NCBI GenBank assembly: GCA_964016885.1
Contig: OZ024744.1
Span: 12,028,001-12,092,000, forward strand
Direction: 5' to 3'
DNA length: 64,000 bases
Source of the DNA: Eledone cirrhosa
Taxonomy: Eukaryota
Position numbers and translations under genes: made by a program. Shown here one piece after another: positions 25,301 to 39,129 of the stretch (position 1 is its first letter; each line of letters starts with the position of its first letter). The notes beneath the pieces are model-generated. The model was not told the DNA's origin, ran no database searches, and saw only the letters and a program-made list of their open reading frames with translations.

Positions 25301-28300
25301 CATCACCATCATGCTACAACATGGCAGTGCTAAACATCACCATCACTATCATGCTAAAATAAGGCAGTGTTAGACATCATCATCACTATCATGCTACAAC
25401 AAGGCAGTGCTAGACATCATCATCACCATCATTCTACAACAAGGCAGTGCTAGACATAATCATCACCATCATGCTACAACAAGGCAGTGCTAGATATCAT
25501 CATCATCATCATGCTACAACAAGGCAGTGCTAGACATCATCATCATCATGCTACAACAAGGCAGTGCTAGACATCATCATCACCATCATGCTACAACAAG
25601 GCAGTGCTAGACATCATCATCACCATCATGCTACAACAAGACAGTGTTAGACATCATCATCATGCTACAACAAGGCAGTGCTAGACATCATCATCACCAT
25701 CATGCTACAACAAAGCATTGCTAGACATCACCATCATGCTACAACAAGGCAGTGTTAGACATCATCATCACCATCATGCTGCAACAAGGCAGTGCTAGAC
25801 ATCATCATCATGCTACAACAAGGCAGTGCTAGACATCATCATCATCATGCTACAACAAGGCATTGCTAAACATCATCACCATCATGCTACAACAAGACAG
25901 TGCTAAACATCGTCATCACCATCATGTTACAACAAGGCAGTGCTAGACATCATCATCACCATCATGCTATAACAAGGCAGTGCTAGACATCATCACCATC
26001 ATGCTACAACAAGGCAGTGCTAGACATCGTCACCATCATGCTACAACATGGCAGTGCTAGACATCATCATCATCATGATACAACAAGGCAGTGCTAGACA
26101 TCACATCATGCTACAACATGGCAGTGATAGACATCATCATCATCATCATGCTACAACAAGGCAGTTCTAGACATCACCATCATGCTACAACAAGGCGGTG
26201 CTAGACATCATCACCATCATGCTACAACAAGGCAGTGCTAGACATCATCATCATCATCATGCTACAACAAGGTAGTGCTAGACATCAACATCATCATCAT
26301 GCTACAAGAAGCCAGTGCTAGACATCATCATCATGCTACAACAAGGCAGTGCTAGACATCATCATCATGCTACAACAAGGCAGTGCTAGACATCATCACC
26401 ATCATGCTACAACAAGGCAGTACTAGACATCATCATCACCATCATGCTACAACAAGGCAGTGCTAGACATCATCATCACCATCATGCCACAACATGGTAG
26501 TGCTAGACATCAACATCACCATCATGCTACAACAAGGCAGTGCTGGACATCATCATCATCATGCTACAACAAGGCAGTGCTAGACATCATCACCATCATG
26601 CTAAGACAAGGCAGTGCTAGACATCATCATCATCATGCTACAACAAGGCAGTGCTAGACATCATCATCACCATCATGCTACAACATGGCAGTGCTAGACA
26701 TCATAATCATGCTACAACAAGGCAGTGCTAGACATCATCACCACCATGCTACAACAAGGCAGTGCTAGACATCACCATCATGCTACAACAAGGCAGTGCT
26801 AGACATCATCACCATCATGCTACAAGGCAGTGCTAGACATCACCATCATGCTATAACAAGGCAGTGCTAAACATCACCATCACTATCATGCTACAATAAG
26901 GCAGTGCTAGACATCATCATCACTATCATGCTACAACAAGGCAGTGCTAGACATCATCATCACCATCATTCTACAACAAGGCAGTGCTAGACATCACCAT
27001 CATGCTACAACAAGGCAGTGCTAGATATCATCATCATCATCATGCTACAACAAGGCAGTGCTAGACATCATCATCATCATGATACAACAAGGCAGTGCTA
27101 GACATCATCATCACCATCATGCTACAACAAGGCAGTGCTAGACATCATCATCACCATCATGTAACAACAAGGCAGTGTTAGACATCATCATCATGCTACA
27201 ACAAGGCAGTGCTAGACATCATCATCACCATCATGCTACAGCAAGGCATTGCTAGACATCACCATCATGCTACAACAAGGCAGTGCTAGACATCATCATC
27301 ATCATGCTACAACAAGGCAGTGCTAGACAACAACATCATCATGCTACAACAAGGCAGTGCTAGTCATCACTATCATGCTACAACAAGGTAGTGCTAGACA
27401 TCATCACCATCATGCTACAACAAGGCAGTGCTAGATATCATCACCATCATGCTACAACAAGGCAGTGCTAGACATCATCACCATCATGCTACAACAAGGC
27501 AGTGCTAGACATCATCATCATGCTACAACATGGCAGTGCTAGACATCACCATCATGCTACAACAAGGCAGTGCGAGACATCATCACCATCATGCTACAAC
27601 AAAGCAGTGCTAGACATCATCATCACCATCATGCTATAACAAGGCAGTGCTAGACATTATCACCATCATGCTACAACAAGGCATTGCTAGACATCACCAT
27701 CATGCTATAACAAGGCAGTGCTAAACATCATCATCACCATCATGCTACAACATGGCAGTGCTAAACATCACCATCACTATCATGCTAAAATAAGGCAGTG
27801 TTAGACATCATCATCACTATCATGCTACAACAAGGCAGTGCTAGACATCATCATCACCATCATTCTACAACAAGGCAGTGCTAGACATAATCATCACCAT
27901 CATGCTACAACAAGGCAGTGCTAGATATCATCATCATCATCATGCTACAACAAGGCAGTGCTAGACATCATCATCATCATGCTACAACAAGGCAGTGCTA
28001 GACATCATCATCACCATCATGCTACAACAAGGCAGTGCTAGACATCATCATCACCATCATGCTACAACAAGACAGTGTTAGACATCATCATCATGCTACA
28101 ACAAGGCAGTGCTAGACATCATCATCACCATCATGCTACAACAAAGCATTGCTAGACATCACCATCATGCTACAACAAGGCAGTGCTAGACATCATCATC
28201 ACCATGCTATAACAAGGCAGTGCTAGACATCATCATCATAATGTTAGAACAAGGCAGAGCTAGACATCACCATCATGCTACAACATGGCAGTGCTAGACA

Positions 28301-31300
28301 TCACATCATGCTACAACATGGCAGTGCTAGACATCATCATCATCATGCTACAACAAGGCAGTGCTAGACATCATCACCATCATGCTACAACATGGCAGTG
28401 CTAGACATCATCATCATCATGATACAACAAGGCAGTGCTAGACATCACATCATGCTACAACATGGCAGTGATAGACATCAGCATCATCATCATGCTACAA
28501 CAAGGCAGTTCTAGACATCACCATCATACTACAACAAGGCGGTGCTAGACATCATCACCATCATGCTACAACAAGGCAGTGCTAGACATCATCATCATCA
28601 TCATGCTACAACAAGGTAGTGCTAGACATCAACATCATCATCATGCTACAAGAAGCCAGTGCTAGACATCATCATCATGCTACAACAAGGCAGTGCTAGA
28701 CATCATCATCATGCTACAACAAGGCAGTGCTAGACATCATCACCATCATGCTACAACAAGGCAGTGCTAGACATCATCATCACCATCATGCTACAACAAG
28801 GCAGTGCTAGACATCATCACCATCATGCCACAACATGGTAGTGCTAGACATCAACATCACCATCATGCTACAACAAGGCAGTGCTAGACATCATCATCAT
28901 CATGCTACAACAAGGCAGTGCTAGACATCATCACCATCATGCTAAGACAAGGCAGTGCTAGACATCATCATCATCATGCTACAACAAGGCAGTGCTAGAC
29001 ATCATCATCACCATCATGCTACAACATGGCAGTGCTAGACATCATAATCATGCTACAACAAGGCAGTGCTAGACATCATCACCACCATGCTACAACAAGG
29101 CAGTGCTAGACATCACCATCATGCTACAACAAGGCAGTGCTAGACATCATCACCATGCTATAACAAGGCAGTGCTAAACATCACCATCACTATCATGCTA
29201 CAATAAGGCAGTGCTAGACATCATCATCACTATCATGCTACAACAAGGCAGTGCTAGACATCATCATCACCCTCATTCTACAACAAGGCAGTGCTAGACA
29301 TCACCATCATGCTACAACAAGGCAGTGCTAGATATCATCATCATCATCATGCTACAACAAGGCAGTGCTAGACATCATCATCATCATGATACAACAAGGC
29401 AGTGCTAGACATCATCATCACCATCATGCTACAACAAGGCAGTGCTAGACATCATCATCACCATCATGTAACAACAAGGCAGTGTTAGACATCATCATCA
29501 TGCTACAACAAGGCAGTGCTAGACATCATCATCACCATCATGCTACAACAAGGCATTGCTAGACATCACCATCATGCTACAACAAGGCAGTGCTAGACAT
29601 CATCATCATCATGCTACAACAAGGCAGTGCTAGACAACAACATCATCATGCTACAACAAGGCAGTGCTAGTCATCACTATCATGCTACAACAAGGTAGTG
29701 CTAGACATCATCACCATCATGCTACAACAAGGCAGTGCTAGATATCATCACCATCATGCTACAACAAGGCAGTGCTAGACATCATCACCATCATGCTACA
29801 ACAAGGCAGTGCTAGACATCATCATCATGCTACAACATGGCAGTGCTAGACATCACCATCATGCTACAACAAAGCAGTGCTAGACATCATCAACACCATC
29901 ATGCTATAACAAGGCAGTGCTAGACATCATCACCATCATGCTACAACAAGGCATTGCTAGACATCACCATCATGCTATAACAAGGCAGTGCTAAACATCA
30001 TCATCACCATCATGCTACAACATGGCAGTGCTAAACATCACCATCACTATCATGCTAAAATAAGGCAGTGTTAGACATCATCATCACTATCATGCTACAA
30101 CAAGGCAGTGCTAGACATCATCATCACCATCATTCTACAACAAGGCAGTGCTAGACATAATCATCCCCATCATGCTACAACAAGGCAGTGCTAGATATCA
30201 TCATCATCATCATGCTACAACAAGGCAGTGCTAGACATCATCATCATCATGCTACAACAAGGCAGTGCTAGACATCATCATCACCATCATGCTACAACAA
30301 GGCAGTGCTAGACATCATCATCACCATCATGCTACAACAAGACAGTGTTAGACATCATCATCATGCTACAACTAGGCAGTGCTAGACATCATCATCACCA
30401 TCATGCTACAACAAGGCATTGCTAGACATCACCATCATGCTACAACAAGGCAGTGCTAGACATCATCATCACCATGCTATAACAAGGCAGTGCTAGACAT
30501 CATCATCATAATGTTAGAACAAGGCAGAGCTAGACATCACCATCATGCTACAACATGGCAGTGCTAGACATCACATCATGCTACAACATGGCAGTGCTAG
30601 ACATCATCATCATCATCATGCTACAACAAGGCAGTGCTAAACATCATCATCACCATCATGCTACAACAAGGCAGTGCTAAACATCATCATCACCATCATG
30701 CTACAACAAGGCAGTGCTAAACATCGTCATCATCATCATGCTACAACAAGGCAGTGTTAGACATCATCATCACCATCATGCTACAACAAGGCAGTGCTAG
30801 ACATCATCATCATCATGCTACAACAAGGCAGTGCTAAACATCATCATCATCATCATGCTACAACAAGGCAGTGTTAGACATCATCATCACCATCATGCTA
30901 CAACAAGGCAGTGCTAGACATCATCATCATCATGCTACAACAAGGCATTGCTAAACATCATCACCATCATGCTACAACAAGGCAGTGCTAAACATCATCA
31001 TCACCATCATGTTACAACAAGGCAGTGCTAGACATCATCATCACCATCATGCTATAAAAAGGCAGTGCTAGACATCATCACCATCATGCTACAACAAGGC
31101 AGTGCTAGACATCATCACCATCATGCTACAACATGGCAGTGCTAGACATCATCATCATCATGATACAACAAGGCAGTGCTAGACATCACATCATGCTACA
31201 ACATGGCAGTGATAGACATCATCATCATCATCATGCTACAACAAGGCAGTTCTAGACATCATCACCATCATGCTACAACAAGGCAGTGCTAGACATCATC

Positions 31301-34300
31301 ATCATCATCATGCTACAACAAGGTAGTGCTAGACATCATCATCACCATCATGCTACAACAAAGCATTGCTAGACATCACCATCATGCTACAACAAGGCAG
31401 TGCTAGACATCATCATCATCATGCTACAACAAGGCATTGCTAAACATCATCACCATCATGCTACAACAAGGCAGTGCTAAACATCATCATCACCATCATG
31501 TTACAACAAGGCAGTGCTAGACATCATCATCACCATCATGCTATAAAAAGGCAGTGCTAGACATCATCACCATCATGCTACAACAAGGCAGTGCTAGACA
31601 TCATCACCATCATGCTACAACATGGCAGTGCTAGACATCATCATCATGATAATACAACAAGGCAGTGCTAGACATCACATCATGCTACAACATGGCAGTG
31701 ATAGACATCATCATCATCATCATGCTACAACAAGGCAGTGCTAGACATCATCACCATCATGCTACAACAAGGCAGTGCTAGACATCATCATCATCATCAT
31801 GCTACAACAAGGTAGTGCTAGACATCAACATCATCAGCATGCTACAAGAAGCCAGTGCTAGACATCATCATCATGCTACAACAAGGCAGTGCTAGACATC
31901 ATCATCATGCTACAACAAGGCAGTGCTAGACATCATCACCATCATGCTACAACAAGGCAGTGCTAGACATCATCATCACCATCATGCTACAACAAGGCAG
32001 TGCTAGACATCATCATCACCATCATGCTACAACATAGTAGTGCTAGACATCAACATCACCATCATGCTACAACAAGGCAGTGCTAGACATCATCATCATC
32101 ATGCTACAACAAGGCAGTGCTAGACATCATCACCATCATGCTAAGACAAGGCAGTTCTAGACATCATCATCATCATGCTACAACAAGGCAGTGCTAAACA
32201 TCATCATCACCATCATGCTACAACAAGGCAGTGCTAGACATCATCATCATCATGCTACAACAAGGCAGTGCTAAACATCATCATCATCATCATGCTACAA
32301 CAAGGCAGTGCTAGACATCATCATCACCATCATGCTACAACATGGCAGTGCTAGACATCATAATCATGCTACAACAAGGCAGTGCTAGACATCATCACCA
32401 CCATGCTACAACAAGGCAGTGTTAGACATCACCATCATGCTACAACAAGGCAGTGCTAGACATCATCACCATCATGCTACAACAAGGCAGTGCTAGACAT
32501 CACCATCATGCTATACCAAGGCAGTGCTAAACATCATCATCACCATCATGCTACAACAAGGCAGTGCTAGACATCATCATCACCATCATGCTAAAACAAG
32601 GCAGTGCTAGACATCATCACCAACATGCTACAACAAGGCAGTGCTAAACATCACCATCACTATCATGCTACAATAAGGCAGTGCTAGACATCATCATCAC
32701 TATCATGCTACAACAAGACAGTGTTAGACATCATCATCATGCTACAACAAGGCAGTGCTAGACATCATCATCACCATCATGCTACAACAAGGCATTGCTA
32801 GACATCACCATCATGCTACAACAAGGCAGTGCTAGACATCATCATCACCATGCTATAACAAGGCAGTGCTAGACATCATCATCATAATGTTAGAACAAGG
32901 CAGAGCTAGACATCACCATCATGCTACAACATGGCAGTGCTAGACATCACATCATGCTACAACATGGCAGTGCTAGACATCATCATCATCATCATGCTAC
33001 AACAAGGCAGTGCTAAACATCATCATCACCATCATGCTACAACAAGGCAGTGCTAAAGATCATCATCATCATCATGCTACAACAAGGCAGTGTTAGACAT
33101 CATCATCACCATCATGCTACAACAAGTCAGTGCTAGACATCATCATCATCATGCTACAACAAGGCAGTGCTAAACATCATCATCATCATCATGCTACAAC
33201 AAGGCAGTGTTAGACATCATCATCACCATCATGCTACAACAAGGCAGTGCTAGACATCATAATCATCATGCTACAACAAGGCATTGCTAAACATCATCAC
33301 CATCATGCTACAACAAGGCAGTGCTAAACATCATCATCACCATCATGTTACAACAAGGCAGTGCTAGACATCATCATCACCATCATGCTATAACAAGGCA
33401 GTGCTAGACATCATCACCATCATGCTACAACAAGGCAGTGCTAGACATCATCACCATCATGCTACAACATGGCAGTGCTAGACATCATCATCATCATGAT
33501 ACAACAAGGCAGTGCTAGACATCACATCATGCTACAACATGGCAGTGATAGACATCATCATCATCATCATCATGCTACAATAAGGCAGTTCTAGACATCA
33601 CCATCATGCTACAACAAGGCAGTGCTAGACATCATCACCATCATGCTACAACAAGGCAGTGCTAGACATCATCATCATCATCATGCTACAACAAGGTAGT
33701 GCTAGACATCAACATCATCAGCATGCTACAAGAAGCCCGTGCTAGACATCATCATCATGCTACAACAAGGCAGTGCTAGACATCATCATCATGCTACAAC
33801 AAGGCAGTGCTAGACATCATCACCATCATGCTACAACAAGGCAGTGCTAGACATCATCATCACCATCATGCTACAACAAGGCAGTGCTAGACATCATCAT
33901 CACCATCATGCTACAACATAGTAGTGCTAGACATCAACATCACCATCATGCTACAACAAGGCAGTGCTAGACATCATCATCATCATGCTACAACAAGGCA
34001 GTGCTAGACATCATCACCATCATGCTAAGACAAGGCAGTGCTAGACAGCATCATCATCATGCTACAACAAGGCAGTGCTAGACATCATCATCACCATCAT
34101 GCTACAACATGGCAGTGCTAGACATCATAATCATGCTACAACAAGGCAGTGCTAGACATCATCACCACCATGCTACAACAAGGCAGTGCTAGACATCACC
34201 ATCATGCTATAACAAGGCAGTGCTAAACATCATCATCACCATCATGCTACAACAAGGCAGTGCTAGACATCATCACCAACATGCTACAACAAGGCAGTGC

Positions 34301-37124
34301 TAAACATCACCATCACTATCATGCTACAATAAGGCAGTACTAGACATCATCATCACTATCATGCTACAACAAGGCAGTGCTGGACATCATCATCATCATC
34401 ATGCTACAACAAGGCAGTGTTAGACATCATCATCACCATCATTCTACAACAAGGCAGTGCTAGACATAATCATCACCATCATGCTACAACAAGGCAGTGC
34501 TAGATATCATCATCATCATCATGCTACAACAAGGCAGTGCTAGACATCGTCATCATAATGCTACAACAAGGCAGTGCTAGACATCATCATCACCATCATG
34601 CTACAACAAGGCAGTGCTAGACACCATCATCACCATCATGCTACAACAAGACAGTGTTAGACATCATCATCATGCTACAACAAGGCAGTGCTAGACATCA
34701 TCATCACCATCATGCTACAACAAGGCATTGCTAGACATCACCATCATGCTACAACAAGGCAGTGCTAGACATCATCATCACCATGCTATAACAAGGCAGT
34801 GCTAGACATCATCATCATAATATTAGAACAAGGCAGAGCTAGACATCACCATCATGCTACAACATGGCAGTGCTAGACATCACATCATGCTACAACATGG
34901 CAGTGCTAGACATCATCATCATCATCATGCTACAACAAGGCAGTGCTAAACATCATCATCACCATCATGCTACAACAAGGCAGTGCTAAACATCATCATC
35001 ATCATCATGCTACAACAAGGCAGTGTTAGACATCATCATCACCATCATGCTACAACAAGGCAGTGCTAGACATCATCATCATCATGCTACAACAAGGCAG
35101 TGCTAAACATCATCATCATCATCATGCTACAACAAGGCAGTGTTAGACATCATCATCACCATCATGCTACAACAAGGCAGTGCTAGACATCATCATCATC
35201 ATGCTACAACAAGGCAGTGCTAGACACCGACATCACCATCATGTTATAACAAGCCAGTGCTAGACATCATCATCACCATCATGCTACAACATGCAGTGCT
35301 AGACATCACCATCATGCTACAACAAGGCAGTGCTAGACATCACCATCATGCTAGAACAAGGCAGTGCTAGACATCATCATCATCATCATGCTACAACAAG
35401 GCAGTGCTAGACATCATCATCATCATGCTACAACAAGGCAGTGTTAGACATCATCATCACCATCATGCTACAACAAGGCAGTGCTAGACATCATCATCAC
35501 CATCATGCTACAACAAGGCAGTGCTAGACATCATCACCATCATGCTAGAACAAGGCAGTGCTAGACATCATCATCACCATCATGCTACAACAAGGCAGTG
35601 CTAAACATCATCATCATCATGCTACAACAAGGCAGTGCTAGACATCACCATCATGCTACAACATGGCAATGCTAGACATCATAATCACCATCATGCTACA
35701 ACAAGACAGTGCTAAACATCATCACCATCATGCTACAACAAGGCAGTGCTAGACATCATCATCAGCATCATGCTATAACAAGGCAGTGCTAGACATCATC
35801 GACATCATGTTACAACAAGCCAGTGCTAGACATCATCATTACCATCATGCTACAACATGGCACTGCAAGACATCATCACCATCATGCTACAACAAGGCAG
35901 TGCTAGACATCAACATCATCATCATGCTACAACAAGGCAGTGCTAGACATCATCACCATCATGCTACAACAAGGCAATGCTAGACATCATCACCATCATG
36001 CTACAACAAGGCTGTGCTAGACATCACCATCATGCTACAACATGGCAGTGTTAGACATCATCACCATCATGCTACAACAAGGCAGTGCTAGACATCATCA
36101 TCATCATCATCATGCTACAACATGGCAGTGCTAGATATCATCATCATGCTACAACAAGAGAGTGCTAGACATCATCATCATCATGCTACAACATGGCAGT
36201 GCTAGACATCATCATCACCATCATGCTACAACATGGCAGTGCTAGACATCACCATCATGCTACAACAAGGCAGTGCTAGACATCATCACCATCATGCTAC
36301 AACAAGGCAGTGCTAGACATCATCACCATCATGCTACAACAAGGCAGTGCTAGACATCAGCATCATGCTACAACAAGGCAGTGCTAGACATCAGCATCAT
36401 GCTACAACAAGGCAGTGCTAGACATCATCATCACCATCATGCTACAACAAGGCAGTGCTAGACATCATCATCACCATCATGCTACAACAAGGCAGTGCTA
36501 GACATCATCATCTTCATGCTACAACAAGGCATAGCTATACATCATCACCATCATGCTACAACAAGGCAGTGCTAGACATCACCATCATGCTACAACAAGG
36601 CAGTGCTAGACATCATCATCATCATCATGCTACAACAAGGCAGTGCTAGACATCATCATCACCATCATGCTATAACAAGGCAGTGCTAGACATCATCGAC
36701 ATCATGCTACAACAAGGCAGTGCTAGACATCATCACCATCATGCTACAACAAGGTAGTGCTAGACATCATCATCATCATGCTACAACAAGGTAGTGCTAG
36801 ACATCATTATCACCATCATGCTACAACAAGACAGTGCTAGACATCATCATCACCATCATGCTCCAACAAGGCAGTGCTAGACATCATCACCATCATGCTA
36901 CAACATGGCAGTGTTAGACATCATCATCACCATCATGCTACAACAAGGCAGTGCTAGACATCATCACCATCATGCTACAACAAGGCAGTGCTAGACATCA
37001 CCATCATGCTACAACAAGGCATTGCTAGACATCATCACCAGCATGCTACAACAATATAGTGCTAGACATCATCACCATCATGCTACAACAAGGCAGTGCT
37101 AGACATCACCATCATCATCACCAT
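13387..37124. repeat. Satellite A: ~23.7 kb, unit GCTACAACAAGGCAGTGCTAGA + (CAY)4-7 (mostly 34-43 bp, roughly 600-650 units)
   Basis: Uninterrupted head-to-tail array read directly. Rare variant units recur at 1.9-3.2 kb intervals. Confidence 0.98.
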
Positions 37125-37159
37125 TTAACATCCATTTTCCCTCTCTTGCATGGGTTAGA
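37104..37159 (-). mobile_element. Very short RTE-type 3' terminus at the end of satellite A
   Basis: CATCATCACCATTTAACATCCATTTTCC...TTGCATGGGTTAGA matches the RTE tail at 8761-8815 and the reverse complement of 5530-5586. Confidence 0.8.
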
Positions 37160-37239
37160 TATTCTCTAATAATATTTTAGTCAAGCCAATACGTAGCATC
37201 ACCAGAGTTGATAGCGACGCTAACAAAAAACCAATGACC

Positions 37240-37950
37240 CTGACAGTTGATTGACAGTCAATAAGGCAATCTGACATTTGATTGACAGTCAATATGGCAA
37301 TCTGACAGTTGATTGGCAGTCATTTAGGCAATCTGACAGTTGATTGACACTCAATAAAGCAATCTGACATTTGATTGACATTAGATAAGGCAATCTGACA
37401 GTTGATTGACAGTCAATAAGGCAATCTGACAGTTGATTGGCAGTCAATTAGGCAATCTGACAGTTGATTGACAGTCAATAAGGCAATCTGACAGTTGACC
37501 GACAGTCAATTAGGCAATATGACAGTTGATGAACAGTTAATTAGGCAATATGACAGTTGATTGACAGTCAATAAGACAATCTGACAGTTGATTGACAGTC
37601 AATAAGGCAATCTGACAGTTCACCGACAGTCAATTAGGCAATATGACAGTTGATGAACAGTTAATTAGGCAATATGACAGTTGATTGACAGTCAATAAGA
37701 CAATCTGACAGTTGATTGACAGTCAATAAGGCAATCTGACAGTTCACCGACAGTCAATTAGGCAATATGACAGTTGATGAACAGTTAATTAGGCAATATG
37801 ACAGTTGATTGACAGTCAATAAGACAATCTGACAGTTGATTGACAGTCAATAAGGCAATTTGACAGTTCACCGACAGTCAATTAGGCAATATGACAGTTG
37901 ATGAACAGTTAATTAGGCAATATGACAGTTGATTGACAATGAATTAGGCA
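37240..37950. repeat. 31-bp minisatellite (~23 units) with internal palindrome and 124-bp 4-mer higher-order repeat
   Basis: Unit TGACAGTTGATTGACAGTCAATAAGGCAATC contains the ATTGAC-A-GTCAAT dyad. The CCGACAG variant recurs about every 124 bp from ~37498 to ~37871. Confidence 0.95.
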
Positions 37951-38107
37951 AACCTCCAACAATGTCAATGGCACAGCTTCTTTCCAAATGTCTTGAATAC
38001 AACAGCCTAATTTGGCAATAATTCCTGATATTTTACAACTTTATTCCATTGGGTGACAGTACCTATGGTAAGATTTAACAGCTATCAACAATATCTATAA
38101 CCTGCAG

Positions 38108-38212
38108 GAATTCCAGACCAAAATGGAATCACTTCAACAAAGACGGGCTGACCTGGAGAGGAAAGAAATTCAGCTGAAGGAATCACTGGAGAAGTTTGAT
38201 AAGTTTCTCAAG
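38108..38212 (+). CDS. CCDC42: CCDC42/CFAP73-family protein, exon B (105 nt)
   Basis: CTGCAG acceptor and AAG|GTATTC donor. Encodes EFQTKMESLQQRRADLERKEIQLKESLEKFDKFLK. Phase 0 at both ends. Confidence 0.9.
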
Positions 38213-38277
38213 GTATTCAATGGTTCTTGGATTTCTTAAACATTTGTTTCTTATTTCTGAATTTTAGTTTCCTTCTT

Positions 38278-38296
38278 GTAGTAGTAGTAGTAGTAT

Positions 38297-38346
<50 letters not shown>

Positions 38347-38455
38347 ATAGTAGTAGTAGTAGTAATAGTAGTAGTAGTAGTAGTAGGAGGAGTAGTAACT
38401 GGTTGTGGTGGTAGTAGTAGTAGTAGCAGTATCTGTAGTAGTAGCAGTAGTAGTG

Positions 38456-38508
<53 letters not shown>

Positions 38509-38854
38509 TTTAGCAGCAGTAGTAGTAGTAGCAGTATTATTATTATTAGTAGTAGTAGTAGTAGCAGCAGTAGTAGTGGTGGTGGTAGTAGTAATAGTAG
38601 TAGTAGTAGCAGCAGTAGTAGTTGTAGTAGTAGTAGTAGTAATATTAGTAGTGGTAGTAGTAGTAGTAGTGGTAGTAGTAGTAGTAGTAGTGGTAGTATT
38701 AGCAGCAGCAGCAGTAGTAGTAGTAGTGATAGTAGTAGTAGTAGTGGTAGTATTAGCAGTAGTAGTAGTAGTTGTAATAGTAGTAGTAGTAGTAGTAGTA
38801 GTGGTAGTATTGGCAGCAGCAGTAGTAGTAGTAGTGGTAGTAGTAGTAGTAGTT

Positions 38855-38893
<39 letters not shown>

Positions 38894-38913
38894 TTGGCAG
38901 CAGTAGTAGAAGT
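38278..38913. repeat. Imperfect (AGT)n microsatellite filling a 749-bp intron
   Basis: Direct reading. Confidence 0.97.
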
Positions 38914-38961
38914 AGGCAGGATCGCCCTCTACATATCTCCATATATTATTGTATATTGCAG

Positions 38962-39047
38962 GAAAACGATGCCAAAAGACTCCGCGCAATAAAGAAGGCC
39001 AACGACCAACGGGAACTGAAGAAAAGCAAGATGATAGAGATCGCAAA
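38962..39047 (+). CDS. CCDC42: CCDC42/CFAP73-family protein, exon C (86 nt)
   Basis: TTGCAG acceptor and AAA|GTGAGA donor. Encodes ENDAKRLRAIKKANDQRELKKSKMIEIA, completing the family motif KFDKFLKEND across the B/C junction. Confidence 0.88.
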
Positions 39048-39057
39048 GTGAGACCGC

Positions 39058-39129
39058 ACTACTGCTACTACTACTAATAACAATACTAATACTAATAATA
39101 CTAATACTTCCACTACTACTACTAATAAT
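39058..39129. repeat. Imperfect (ACT/AAT)n microsatellite
   Basis: Direct reading. It is the reverse complement type of the upstream (AGT)n tract. Confidence 0.9.

Noticed and set aside
13685-36649. Short His/Ile/Ser-rich ORFs in satellite A
   Set aside because: These are translation artefacts of the repeat; the TAG in each monomer closes every frame within a few units.
13387-37124. CRISPR-like pattern of constant 22-mer plus variable spacer
   Set aside because: The spacers are only (CAY)n length variants, not unique sequences. There are no cas genes and the context is a eukaryotic intron.
38217-39051. Poly-Ser/Val/Leu ORFs of 195-274 aa
   Set aside because: They are (AGT)n microsatellite translations. 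Only 38962-39047 is a credible exon.
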